From: Ignavibacteriales bacterium
GTDB lineage: Bacteria > Bacteroidota > Ignavibacteria > Ignavibacteriales > Ignavibacteriaceae
Length of the DNA stretch: 64,000 nt
NCBI GenBank assembly: GCA_016707115.1
Contig: JADJIH010000001.1
Coordinates: 751,102 to 815,101 of the forward strand
Direction: 5' to 3'
The notes below the pieces were generated by a model. That model had not been told where the DNA came from. It made no database searches and saw nothing but the letters and a program-made list of their open reading frames with translations. Position numbers and translations under genes: made by a program. Of the stretch, positions 8,929-18,227 are shown piece after piece (within the stretch, counting starts at the first letter, position 1; the number at the start of each line of letters is the position of its first letter).

Positions 8929-11736
8929 TTAATTAATTTGATATGATAATTCTAATGAAACGTTTCTACCGGTTCTATTAAGCTCAGATATCTGATCTCC
9001 GCCCGGTGCTTGTTGAATAAAGTTTTTATCCTGATTTAGTAAATCCCTTACACTAAGTCTTAAAGTAAGCATCTCAAAAAATCTTTTTGAAATGGAAAAA
9101 TCAATTACATCTACAGGTTTTTCAAGAGTATTGCCCAAATCACTTGTGCCAACTTTTGCTATTCTCCATCCAACCTTATTGTAAACAATTGAAGAATTAA
9201 TGCCAGAAGCTAAATCATCGAAATACAATCCAAGATTGAAAATATAATCTGCTTGTCCCTGAAGTGGTCTTTCACTTTCCTGAAAACCTGAATTGTCAGA
9301 ATTTAACTGAATAGTAGATTTTATAAGAGTTACGTTTCCGACAAATGAGAAGTTATTTATGGATTCACTGATAAAACCAAGTGATTTTCTAAGTTCAAGT
9401 TCTAATCCATAATTATCTGCGCTGATAGCATTCGCATAAGATCTGATTGGTTCATTACTTGAGGATGCAGTAAGTATTTCTTCAATTGGATCATTAAATT
9501 TTTTGTAGAATAAACTCACAGCTACTAATTCTCCGCCTTGCGGAAAATATTCAAATCTTAAATCGAAATTATTTATTAAGCTTCTTTTTAAGTTCGGATT
9601 ACCCTGAACTAATTCATTTGCCAGGAAGTCGAAATAACTGAATGGTGCAAGTTCCCTAAATTCCGGTCGTGCAAGTGTTTTGCTGAAACCGAGCCTAATA
9701 TTTATATTTTCATTTAATAAGTATGTTAGATTAACACTAGGTAGCCAATCTCTATACACATTGTTTACAGAAATAATTTCACCTGTTTGAGAAAAAGAGT
9801 TAAGTACCTGGTTTGAGTATTCAAATCGAGCACCTGCAACTATTCTTATTCTTTCTAGTAAACTTGCGTCAAACATTGCATAGCCGGCAGCAACTTTTTG
9901 ATTTGAATTATAACTATCTGATGGTTTGGTAATTTCGTTGGTTCCAATGAACGTATTGTTGATGTTTTCAGGTTTAAATATATCCTGCACACTTAATTGT
10001 AAAATGCTGTCTTCTGCTGAAAAACTTCCACCGGAAAGATTTCTGAATCCAAATGTTCTGGCATCGAAAACTCTATCCTTTCGATTATATAGTGTACCAA
10101 TTTTTACCTTTGGAAGGTTGGGATCATCAAAAAGCTTAAAGTTAAAATTGATGCTTCCATTGTAATCGTTATCAACTAAATCACCATAGTATCTTGTAGC
10201 AAGTGATTGATCAAGCTGAAACCTGAGAGGTTCAGAAGGTTCTTCCAAATTTCTTGAATACACATATCTTCTTGCATCTGGCTCATTTCGTTTTGATTGC
10301 GAGTAACCTAAAATCCAGTCAATGTTTAATCCATTAGTGAAGTTTATTTTGTGTTCACCCACGAGTTGGGTTGACAGCAATGATCTGGAAACAAAACGTA
10401 ATGAGGTTATCTCTCTGTATTGATCAGCGTAACGATACTCCCCTTTGTAAACCGTTGTTTCATCATCTGCATTTTGGTTATATATATTTTTTAAGCTTAT
10501 TTTATTTGTTAACCCAAGTTTATAACTAAGGTTTAACATCCCGCTCCACATTACATTTGATGAATAACTATTTCCATCATAATCATATCTGCTTCCGGAA
10601 AAATCATAAAAGTTTTTTTGTTTTTGAGTGGTTACAAATGTATTTGCATAAGAAAATGAAGCTATGTAACCCATAACATCCTGTTCACCAAGTTCAAATT
10701 TATCCCCAACGTTTAGCTTAAAACTGCCATTTATCGGAGCATTTTTTAAAGTAGTATTCCAGTTATTAGCAAATCCTGATGTTATTTCCTGAAGCTGAGG
10801 ATCAGTGTAATTGCCTCTTACAACTTTTTCTGAACCTATAAGACTCGGATAATCCCTGGTACCATCATCAAGTCCTAAAAAATCTGTTTTGCCACCAGCA
10901 TATGTTGTATAGTCTTTAAAGGCTGTTTTAGTATTAAAACCAGAACTAATACTCACCTGAGATGTAAACTTATCAGGAAATTCAACAGTACTTATTTGAA
11001 CTAAGCCGCCTGTAAAATCTGCCGGTTTATCCGGTGTAAATGTTTTTGCTGTTATAACATTCTCAATCAGGTTTGCAGGAAAAATATCATATGAGAAACT
11101 TTTCCTTTCCGGATCTGTACTTGGAAGACTTGCACCATTAAGTAAAGTATTATTGTATCTATCACCAACACCTCTTACAAATGCATATTTGCCTTCTGAA
11201 ATTGTAACGCCTGACATTCTCTTCAAAACATCAGTACCATCGGAACTATTATTTTTCTTGATTAGGTCGCCACTAAATCCATCAACTATGTTTGCTGAAT
11301 TCTTTTGGATTTTTAATACTGATGTTTCGGAATTTTTAAGCGCTTCTGCTGTTACAAGTACTTCTTCAAGTTCGGTTGTAGTTGGTTCTAACGGAACGTC
11401 AATTCTAGTTGAATTACCAGTTTTAACTAAAATATTTTCTACGGCTAAACTGTTATAAGAAATGTAAGATACTTTAATTGTATAATATCCTTCACTCAAG
11501 CCACCTATGTTATATTTGCCGTCAATATCCGATGAAGCACCAAGATTTGTTCCAACAACTAGAACATTAGCCCCAATTAATTCTTCGTTATTACTTTTAT
11601 CAGTAATCTTACCACTAATACTTCCACTTTGTTGCGATAACATCTCTGACTGCATAATTGTCAAGAAAAGTAATATTGATAATATAGATTTCAATTTTTG
11701 ATAGTCACTTAATTTTAGTTGAATTACTTTTAACAT
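8929..11736 (-). CDS. TonB-dependent outer-membrane receptor with N-terminal carboxypeptidase-regulatory-like domain
   Basis: CarboxypepD_reg-like block GKITDKSNNEELIGANVLVVGT..DGKYNI..L.EG.Y.I.VSYI. Plug block ISEGKYAFVRGVGDRYNNTLLNGASLPS. A 935-aa barrel-like remainder follows. Confidence 0.9.
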   Translation of the reverse strand: MLKVIQLKLSDYQKLKSILSILLFLTIMQSEMLSQQSGSISGKITDKSNNEELIGANVLVVGTNLGASSDIDGKYNIGGLSEGYYTIKVSYISYNSLAVENILVKTGNSTRIDVPLEPTTTELEEVLVTAEALKNSETSVLKIQKNSANIVDGFSGDLIKKNNSSDGTDVLKRMSGVTISEGKYAFVRGVGDRYNNTLLNGASLPSTDPERKSFSYDIFPANLIENVITAKTFTPDKPADFTGGLVQISTVEFPDKFTSQVSISSGFNTKTAFKDYTTYAGGKTDFLGLDDGTRDYPSLIGSEKVVRGNYTDPQLQEITSGFANNWNTTLKNAPINGSFKLNVGDKFELGEQDVMGYIASFSYANTFVTTQKQKNFYDFSGSRYDYDGNSYSSNVMWSGMLNLSYKLGLTNKISLKNIYNQNADDETTVYKGEYRYADQYREITSLRFVSRSLLSTQLVGEHKINFTNGLNIDWILGYSQSKRNEPDARRYVYSRNLEEPSEPLRFQLDQSLATRYYGDLVDNDYNGSINFNFKLFDDPNLPKVKIGTLYNRKDRVFDARTFGFRNLSGGSFSAEDSILQLSVQDIFKPENINNTFIGTNEITKPSDSYNSNQKVAAGYAMFDASLLERIRIVAGARFEYSNQVLNSFSQTGEIISVNNVYRDWLPSVNLTYLLNENINIRLGFSKTLARPEFRELAPFSYFDFLANELVQGNPNLKRSLINNFDLRFEYFPQGGELVAVSLFYKKFNDPIEEILTASSSNEPIRSYANAISADNYGLELELRKSLGFISESINNFSFVGNVTLIKSTIQLNSDNSGFQESERPLQGQADYIFNLGLYFDDLASGINSSIVYNKVGWRIAKVGTSDLGNTLEKPVDVIDFSISKRFFEMLTLRLSVRDLLNQDKNFIQQAPGGDQISELNRTGRNVSLELSYQIN

Positions 11737-11877
11737 TTTCTCTCCATAATAATTTTTGTTTTCCTTCGACGCCCGAAAACTAAAGTTTCAATGTTAAGTT
11801 AATGTTAAGAGAGTGTTATGAGTTTGTTAAGTAATTGATTAGAATGGTAACAAAGGTAAAGTGGTAGAACGGCTAAA

Positions 11878-12228
11878 CTATTTTTTTGTGGATATATACT
11901 TAATTATTTGGGCTTTTTCTATAGTAACTAATCCACCAATATTAGCATTTTCAAAAATATTATTAATGGTTGGAATAAAACTTTCTATTTTTTCAAGAGT
12001 GTCAACTATCTCGATTATTAACGGTAAGTCTTCCGAAAGAGTTAAAAGTTTTGATGTATGGATTTTACTATTTGCGCCAAATCCCATAATTCCTTTTATC
12101 ACAGTGGCACCAGCAAGTCCCGCTTCCCGTGCTTTTAAAACAAGAGTTTCATATACAGGTTTACCATTTATACGATCACTTTCCCCAACAAATATTCTAA
12201 GAAGTTTTGCTTCACTATTAGTTTGCAT
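11878..12228 (-). CDS. DUF190-family protein (CrcB-associated)
   Basis: The LLRIFVGESDR..GKP.YE.L...A...GLAGATV..G..GFG block is typical of DUF190. It lies 3 nt downstream of crcB. Confidence 0.75.
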   Translation of the reverse strand: MQTNSEAKLLRIFVGESDRINGKPVYETLVLKAREAGLAGATVIKGIMGFGANSKIHTSKLLTLSEDLPLIIEIVDTLEKIESFIPTINNIFENANIGGLVTIEKAQIIKYISTKK

Positions 12229-12231
12229 AAA

Positions 12232-12609
12232 TCAACCTATAAGTTTTGAAATAAGATACGCTAAATAGATCCCTGCTAAACATAATATTACATTTAACAT
12301 CACATTATAAAGTGCAAGAGCAATTTCCGAATCACGGAATAATGCCAAAGTTTCATATGAAAAAGTTGAAAACGTTGTAAACCCGCCGCAAAATCCAACC
12401 GTTAAAAATAACCTGAATTCACTGCCAATTAATTCTTTTTCATTAAGATAGAACATTATAATACCAAGTATAAAAGAACCAATAACATTTACAACCAAAG
12501 TACCATAAGGAAAGATTACTGAAATGTTTTTTTGGATATAGCTTGATATTCCAAAACGAAGTGCACCGCCAATTGCGGCGCCGGCTGAGACAAGAATATA
12601 ATTTAGCAT
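12232..12609 (-). CDS. crcB: fluoride ion channel CrcB/FluC
   Basis: It is 125 aa with 4 TM segments. It carries the conserved GGALR and GFCGGFTTFSTF motifs. Confidence 0.9.
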   Translation of the reverse strand: MLNYILVSAGAAIGGALRFGISSYIQKNISVIFPYGTLVVNVIGSFILGIIMFYLNEKELIGSEFRLFLTVGFCGGFTTFSTFSYETLALFRDSEIALALYNVMLNVILCLAGIYLAYLISKLIG

Positions 12610-12659
12610 TGTTTAATATTTTTTGCCGAAAGATAAAACTATTCAGACAGTCAGCAAAA

Positions 12660-15269
12660 TTATTTTAACAAATTCATTTTACCACTTTTTACTTTTTCTC
12701 CAACTTTAATATTATAAAAATAAATTCCACTAGATACATTTTGATTATTTTGATTCTTCCCTTCCCACTTAATAATATAGTTACCTGCAGCTAATTGCTG
12801 ATTAACTAATATTGCAACCAAGCTTCCTTGAACGTCATAAATTCTTAACTCTGTGTTTTGATTTGTTAGATCATACGGAATTGTAAAAACAATTATTGTG
12901 CTTGAATTAAATGGATTAGGATAATTTGATATTAATAACTCAGACTGTGGAATAATATTAGTAATTGGATTTTCATTGACAGAAGTTATTAAACTTGGAC
13001 CATTACCACGAGAATTTCCGATTGAATCTGCTAAATAAATATTTACCCATTCTGGTCTTAAAGCTGATTGTAAATACTGATTGTTCCATTCCTGGTCGGT
13101 TAATCTTAAAAAGTCTTCAGTTGTATATTCATAGTAGCTCATAACCGGACCGATGAAAGCTGTTTCAACTCCATCATTCCAGGGTGCAATAAAAACACCA
13201 AGATTTATTGGGCCTGTACCAACGTGTTTCACCCATCCCATTATATTACCAAAACAATCTGTTGGAACCGTATGCATGTCTGCAACTAGATGATCACTAT
13301 CCATTAGACCCTTATTTGTCATACTGTTTCCACTATAGAAGAAATCATTATAAAACAATCTTGGATACCAACCTAAATATGGAGGTGTACCCGAGCCTCC
13401 ACTGCCATCCTCATAAATCATATTTTGCAGAAATGTTATTTCCTCTGCAGTCAGCATTTCCTGATTCAATTCTTTCACAGAGATTGTTTTTAAAGTATCC
13501 ATAACATTACCAAGAGTATTAAAGTACTCTGTTATGGAATATTGCAATCCAGGGTCTGAAAAATTTATTGTTTGTAATTTATTTACTGCAGAAACTGAAA
13601 AATCTTTCAGGGTTTGATAAAACTCTGGAAATGGTTCAACATAGCTATAAGGATATGAACAAACTGTTCCACCAGTATAAGACTGCTTGGCATATAAAAG
13701 ATTATCGTGTCTTAGCTCTGCCCAGGATGAAAGTTGTGTGTTCATTTTTTCCTGCCAGAAAGCTGCAGTTTGCATAAACGGTGGAAGATTATTTCTATCC
13801 TCCGGCGGATTAAGCTTTCTAATTATGTTAAGCCAATTTGAATATAAATTCGCACTCCAGAATTCATCATCGTAAGAATCAATTAAATATCTTAAAGCAG
13901 CAAGATTAGTTGAATAATGGTATTCATTTAATTCAGATATTAGAAGTTGTGCTGATGCCGAATTACCAAGTGCAAATAATACATCTAAGAGCGATGGAAA
14001 TAATCTACACACAAACTGATTGTAATATTTAATTCTATCATAGACTACGGTTGCAGTTACATAAGAATCAATTACAAATCTTTGCCCAAACAACATAAAT
14101 GCTGATGCAGGAACAATGCTATCCGGACTCATCGGATCATTAAATAATATCTGTGAAAGAATAAGTTGATATGCAAAACTCTGATTCTTAAGTGTATCCT
14201 GAAACTCGACGATTGTTAGACTGTCTAATAACTCATCTGCATCAATAAAGTTGATAGCATTCTTCAAATATGTAAGATTATCTAGCGTTACATTATCCTG
14301 TTCACCTGCAAATATCTTTATTGTATTTTCAATTTCGGTATAATGTGAGTATGTATTTGTTACATCAATTAATTCCTTGATAAGATAAGAATCTATTATC
14401 TGACGCTTAACATCATTAAAAGAAGGTGGTGGACATAGTACTGAATCAGATTTGGGTTTGGTTAAATACAACTCTGTTCTTCCTAACCACATCATAGCCC
14501 TAAAATATTTAGGTAATTCTGTTTGCGGCCAGGTATTTTCATCTTCAAAATAGTGTCCGCGAGGTTTAAACTGACTCCAATCAATAACTTTACAATTATC
14601 AGAAAATAATTCATATGTTGTCATTTCTTCAGCTTCAATCAATTGTAAAATCGTGTCAATTTTTCCGGCGTTCTCTGAATAATATGGACTAACCGGTAAT
14701 TCAAATAATTTTAATGGAACAGTTAGATAAACATCTACATCCTTCAGCATCGTAAGCATTTTAGGATCTGTACTATACTTCGTAAAAAGTAAATTCTGAT
14801 TTGAATGAAGTTCTGATAATAATGATTTTACTTTTTCAATTAGAAAACCGAGTTCAGCATCTTTTAGTATTCTATCGTATGAAACATGAAAAGCGTGTAG
14901 GATGGCATCTGTTGATACAAAAACTGGTAAATCTTTGTGAAATATTTCTAAGAATGACTCACCAAAAGATATTTTCTTCATTCTTTCTGAAACAAAAAAT
15001 CCATTTTGATCAAGCAAAGAGATTTCGTATGGTGTTAATGAATATTTCGATATAATGCTGTCAAGATATCTTGTATTAGAAATATTTAAATTTAAATCAC
15101 CAACAAAACTTCCAGCTGGATGCATTAGTAAAAGTTGATCAGAATCCATATTCTGATTTGATTGCAGAAATTGCCTATAAGTATCAATATTAAAATTAGA
15201 TTGGCTATAATTGGTTTGGGAAAACGCGATCAGAATAATGGTGAAAATGAAAGTTAATAGTTTGTTCAT
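12660..15269 (-). CDS. large secreted protein of unknown function with T9SS C-terminal sorting domain (possibly DUF3160-like)
   Basis: The likely start is MNKLLTFIFTIILIAFS (ATG at 15269), inside the longer track ORF. The C-terminus is NYPNPFNSSTIIVFTIP...IYDVQGSLV...GIYFYNIKVG...GKMNLLK. Confidence 0.75.
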   Translation of the reverse strand: MNKLLTFIFTIILIAFSQTNYSQSNFNIDTYRQFLQSNQNMDSDQLLLMHPAGSFVGDLNLNISNTRYLDSIISKYSLTPYEISLLDQNGFFVSERMKKISFGESFLEIFHKDLPVFVSTDAILHAFHVSYDRILKDAELGFLIEKVKSLLSELHSNQNLLFTKYSTDPKMLTMLKDVDVYLTVPLKLFELPVSPYYSENAGKIDTILQLIEAEEMTTYELFSDNCKVIDWSQFKPRGHYFEDENTWPQTELPKYFRAMMWLGRTELYLTKPKSDSVLCPPPSFNDVKRQIIDSYLIKELIDVTNTYSHYTEIENTIKIFAGEQDNVTLDNLTYLKNAINFIDADELLDSLTIVEFQDTLKNQSFAYQLILSQILFNDPMSPDSIVPASAFMLFGQRFVIDSYVTATVVYDRIKYYNQFVCRLFPSLLDVLFALGNSASAQLLISELNEYHYSTNLAALRYLIDSYDDEFWSANLYSNWLNIIRKLNPPEDRNNLPPFMQTAAFWQEKMNTQLSSWAELRHDNLLYAKQSYTGGTVCSYPYSYVEPFPEFYQTLKDFSVSAVNKLQTINFSDPGLQYSITEYFNTLGNVMDTLKTISVKELNQEMLTAEEITFLQNMIYEDGSGGSGTPPYLGWYPRLFYNDFFYSGNSMTNKGLMDSDHLVADMHTVPTDCFGNIMGWVKHVGTGPINLGVFIAPWNDGVETAFIGPVMSYYEYTTEDFLRLTDQEWNNQYLQSALRPEWVNIYLADSIGNSRGNGPSLITSVNENPITNIIPQSELLISNYPNPFNSSTIIVFTIPYDLTNQNTELRIYDVQGSLVAILVNQQLAAGNYIIKWEGKNQNNQNVSSGIYFYNIKVGEKVKSGKMNLLK

Positions 15270-15465
15270 GCTAGTCACCGTTTTTTTTGTAAACGTATAT
15301 AAATTATATGAAAATATCAATCAATAATTAATAAATGTTCCAATTCATGTACTATTGAATTTATTATTCTTTTGATTGTTACAAACAAATTGACGAAGTT
15401 TAGCATATAAATTAGCTTAAAAAAACAATTTCAAGCGAGTAATAAACTATTTAATATCTGAATCA

Positions 15466-16227
15466 ATGTTTACAAAATCCATTGTTAAAATTCCTTGCGA
15501 AAATATGATCAGAGGCCTGACTTCTGTTAACCTTGGTATCCCAAATTACTTAGAAGCCCTTGTCCAGCATCAATACTATATTAATGCTCTTAGAAAATGC
15601 GGTCTTGAGGTCACAATTTTGGATGCAAATGAAAAATATCCTGACTCTACTTTTGTTGAAGATACCGCTCTGTTAACTCCTCATTGTGCGATAATTACAA
15701 ATCCAGGAGCTTCATCTCGTAAGGGTGAAATACATGAAATTAAAAAAATCTTAATTAATTTCTATGAAATGGTTGAGGAGATCATAGAACCCGGGACTTT
15801 AGAAGCTGGGGATGTGATGATGGTTGGTGCTCATTACTTTATTGGCTTATCTGAAAGAACTAATGCACAGGGAGCAAGTCAATTGATTTCAATTCTTAAT
15901 AAATATGGAATGACTGGATCTGCAGTTTCACTTAAAAATGTGCTGCACCTTAAATCAGGAGTATCTTATCTTGAAAACAATAACTTACTTGTAACCGGAG
16001 AATTTAAATACCATCCTGAGTTCCAAAAATATAATCTGATTCTTATTGATGGTGAAGAAAAATATGCTGCAAATAGTCTCTGGATTAATAATAATGTTCT
16101 TGTACCTCAAGGATTCCCAATAACAAAAAGTAAAATTGAAGTGTTAGGTTATCAGACTATTGAAGTCGATGTATCTGAGTTTAGAAAACTTGATGGTGGA
16201 CTAAGCTGCTTGTCCTTAAGATTTTAG
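15466..16227 (+). CDS. dimethylarginine dimethylaminohydrolase-like amidinotransferase-superfamily enzyme
   Basis: It is about 253 aa and has the C-terminal catalytic-Cys block KLDGGLSCLSLRF, plus DTFVEDTA and HLKSG blocks. Confidence 0.7.
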   Translation: MFTKSIVKIPCENMIRGLTSVNLGIPNYLEALVQHQYYINALRKCGLEVTILDANEKYPDSTFVEDTALLTPHCAIITNPGASSRKGEIHEIKKILINFYEMVEEIIEPGTLEAGDVMMVGAHYFIGLSERTNAQGASQLISILNKYGMTGSAVSLKNVLHLKSGVSYLENNNLLVTGEFKYHPEFQKYNLILIDGEEKYAANSLWINNNVLVPQGFPITKSKIEVLGYQTIEVDVSEFRKLDGGLSCLSLRF

Positions 16228-16438
16228 ACTCAAATTTTCTTTAAATATAATACCTTATTTTTCGATATATTAAAATCTATAGAACCGCTTCCATAAATTT
16301 TATCCATATAAAATCAGATACTCTGTAGTAGTACCTTTTAAAAATATTCAAATACTGATAATGTTATGTAGGCATTATAGGGAATGAATTACTATTTTTA
16401 CACCAACAATTAAATTCACTTAATATCCTTGTTTTAAT

Positions 16439-16807
16439 ATGAAATCAAATTCAATTTTCTATTCAGAACACTTTCCAGTTGATTTTATAAATGAGCTTTC
16501 AATTATTACAATCAAAATCCAGAGAGCCACATTTAAAGAAGCCGAAGAATTTGAACAGACTCTTCAGTCCCAAGTTTTAACAAAGCATTTTAAAATAATA
16601 GTTGATTTTAGTGAATGCCTTTTTGCCGATTCAATGATTATTGGAATTATGGTGAAAACTGTGAAAGAAATCAGGAAAAAAAATGGGGATATCATCGTTA
16701 TAACGCCCACCAGCGGTATCAAAGTAATGTTTGCTAGAACTGGTCTTTATAAAATATTTAAACAATTCTGGACAAGAGAAGAAGCGATTGAAAGCTTTTC
16801 AAAATAA
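16439..16807 (+). CDS. STAS-domain protein (anti-sigma-factor antagonist-like)
   Basis: It is 122 aa. The block IIVDFSEC.FADSMIIG resembles the SpoIIAA phosphorylation-site region. Confidence 0.65.
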   Translation: MKSNSIFYSEHFPVDFINELSIITIKIQRATFKEAEEFEQTLQSQVLTKHFKIIVDFSECLFADSMIIGIMVKTVKEIRKKNGDIIVITPTSGIKVMFARTGLYKIFKQFWTREEAIESFSK

Positions 16808-16983
16808 CGATTTAGCTATATTTGTAAACGAGTCGTTTAAATTATTAAAGCCCCGACACCTAAGCATCAGGGCTTTGCCTTAGCTTCAGGCCTGGGGGGA
16901 AGCCTTTACTAAGTACAATCCAAATATACTATTAATTATTTCATTTATTTATACTCACTTCAATGAATCAATTAAAAAGTCTA

Positions 16984-17433
16984 TTATTTATTTTTTCCTA
17001 ACAACTTCTCAACCGTAGAACAAAGTTTTTCCATTCCAGATATTAGAAATTTTTGTTGAGAAGCATTAATGTCATTTATAATCTTTTTATGAGCATCTTC
17101 ATTAAGTGTGTCCACTTTCTTAACAAACGATTTACCTTTTCTTGACAAGTTTAAATTAACACATCTCGAATCCCTTCGGTTATACTCTTTTGTTAAGTAT
17201 CCCTTATCCACAAGCCCATCAATTATTCTCGTCAATCGGCTATCGCTGAGATTCATTCGTCTGGCAATATCACGATTGCTTTGTCCTTTATCTGATCCGA
17301 ATAAACCTAGGCATTTAAATTCTGATCCAGTTAAGCCTCCTTCTAATGCAAGGCTGGCGTGCTTTTCCTCGTAAGTTGCTAATAAGCGTTTTGTAAGACT
17401 GGCAAGATATTTTGCTGATTCATTTTTGTTCAT
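16984..17433 (-). CDS. MarR-family transcriptional regulator
   Basis: Winged-helix block NRDIARRMNLSDSRLTRIIDGLVDKGYL.K......D.R.V...L...G. Confidence 0.85.
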   Translation of the reverse strand: MNKNESAKYLASLTKRLLATYEEKHASLALEGGLTGSEFKCLGLFGSDKGQSNRDIARRMNLSDSRLTRIIDGLVDKGYLTKEYNRRDSRCVNLNLSRKGKSFVKKVDTLNEDAHKKIINDINASQQKFLISGMEKLCSTVEKLLGKNK

Positions 17434-17667
17434 ATTTTCTCCTCAGACAACTGCTGATTAATTATTTCTGTAAAATGAAATTTCTTCTCGAAATAAATTT
17501 GCCTATTTATTACCACATAAGCAATAAATACTAAACGATTGTCAACTGAAAAAATAGACGGATAATACTTGAGAAACCTTACCATCTAGACAATTAATCA
17601 TAAGAGTTTGGAGTATGGATCACTTGAGGAATTAAAAAATCTGATAATTACGATTTTCAGTTAAACA

Positions 17668-17700
17668 TAAAAAAGCCTCGAAACTTTTACATTTCGAGGC
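17668..17700 (-). terminator. rho-independent terminator ending the tRNA operon
   Basis: The GCCTCGAAA-tgtaaaag-TTTCGAGGC stem is followed on the minus strand by a T-run. Confidence 0.65.
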
Positions 17701-17708
17701 TTAAGTTA

Positions 17709-17780
17709 GTGACCCCAAGGGGATTTGAACCCCTGTTACAGCCGTGAAAGGGCTATGTCCTAACCACTAGACGATGGGGC
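17709..17780 (-). tRNA. tRNA-Glu (anticodon TTC)
   Basis: Hand-folded cloverleaf: acceptor GGCCCCA/TGGGGTC, anticodon loop CTTTCAC, T-loop GGTTCAAATCC. Confidence 0.9.
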
Positions 17781-17816
17781 CAGTGCAATCAATAAAACTC
17801 AATAAATAAATGGTTG

Positions 17817-17891
17817 GGTGAGCGATGGGAATTGAACCCACGACCCCCAGGGCCACAACCTGGTGCTCTAACCAACTGAGCTACGCTCACC
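17817..17891 (-). tRNA. tRNA-His (anticodon GTG) with encoded G-1
   Basis: Acceptor G-GTGAGCG/CGCTCAC-C, anticodon loop TTGTGGC, T-loop GGTTCAATTCC. Confidence 0.9.
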
Positions 17892-17913
17892 ATTTAAAGA
17901 ACAATTTCTTTAG

Positions 17914-17987
<74 letters not shown>

Positions 17988-18035
17988 TCAAATTCCACAA
18001 AATCTAAATGAACATCTACCAGGGAAATTCTTGTG

Positions 18036-18110
18036 TCGGGGCGGCAGGATTCGAACCTGCGACCTCCTGCTCCCAAAGCAGGCGCGATAACCGGACTACG
18101 CTACGCCCCG
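18036..18110 (-). tRNA. tRNA-Pro (anticodon TGG)
   Basis: Acceptor CGGGGCG/CGCCCCG, anticodon loop TTTGGGA, T-loop GGTTCGAATCC. Confidence 0.9.
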
Positions 18111-18227
18111 AAATACCATAATTCTTAAAAATCGAGCTGAAAATATATACGTTTGTGTTCTAAAAAACAATTTTTTAGGACTAATAGAATCTTTAAATTG
18201 TCTACAACAAAAATCAATCGTTTTGAA

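Noticed and set aside
11737-11877. Possible riboswitch (B12/TPP) in the 141-nt leader of the TonB-dependent receptor
   Set aside because: I could find no conserved B12-box or TPP-type core sequence. The leader is AT-rich with only weak stems. This needs a covariance-model scan to be certain.
11861-12268. 135-aa plus-strand ORF almost exactly antisense to the DUF190 gene
   Set aside because: The minus-strand product carries the recognisable DUF190 block and sits 3 nt after crcB. The plus-strand translation is hydrophobic, low-information sequence typical of antisense frames in AT-rich DNA.
12610-12659. Expected fluoride (crcB-motif) riboswitch upstream of crcB
   Set aside because: The spacer is only 50 nt. 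It and the adjacent 3' coding sequence lack the conserved riboswitch core (no GGCATCATC on the plus strand, which would give GAUGAUGCC on the minus strand).
18153-18227. N-terminal 25-codon extension of the first Lol permease ORF
   Set aside because: The extension runs into the tRNA-Pro promoter region and is not family-like. The conserved permease N-terminus starts at the ATG at 18228.
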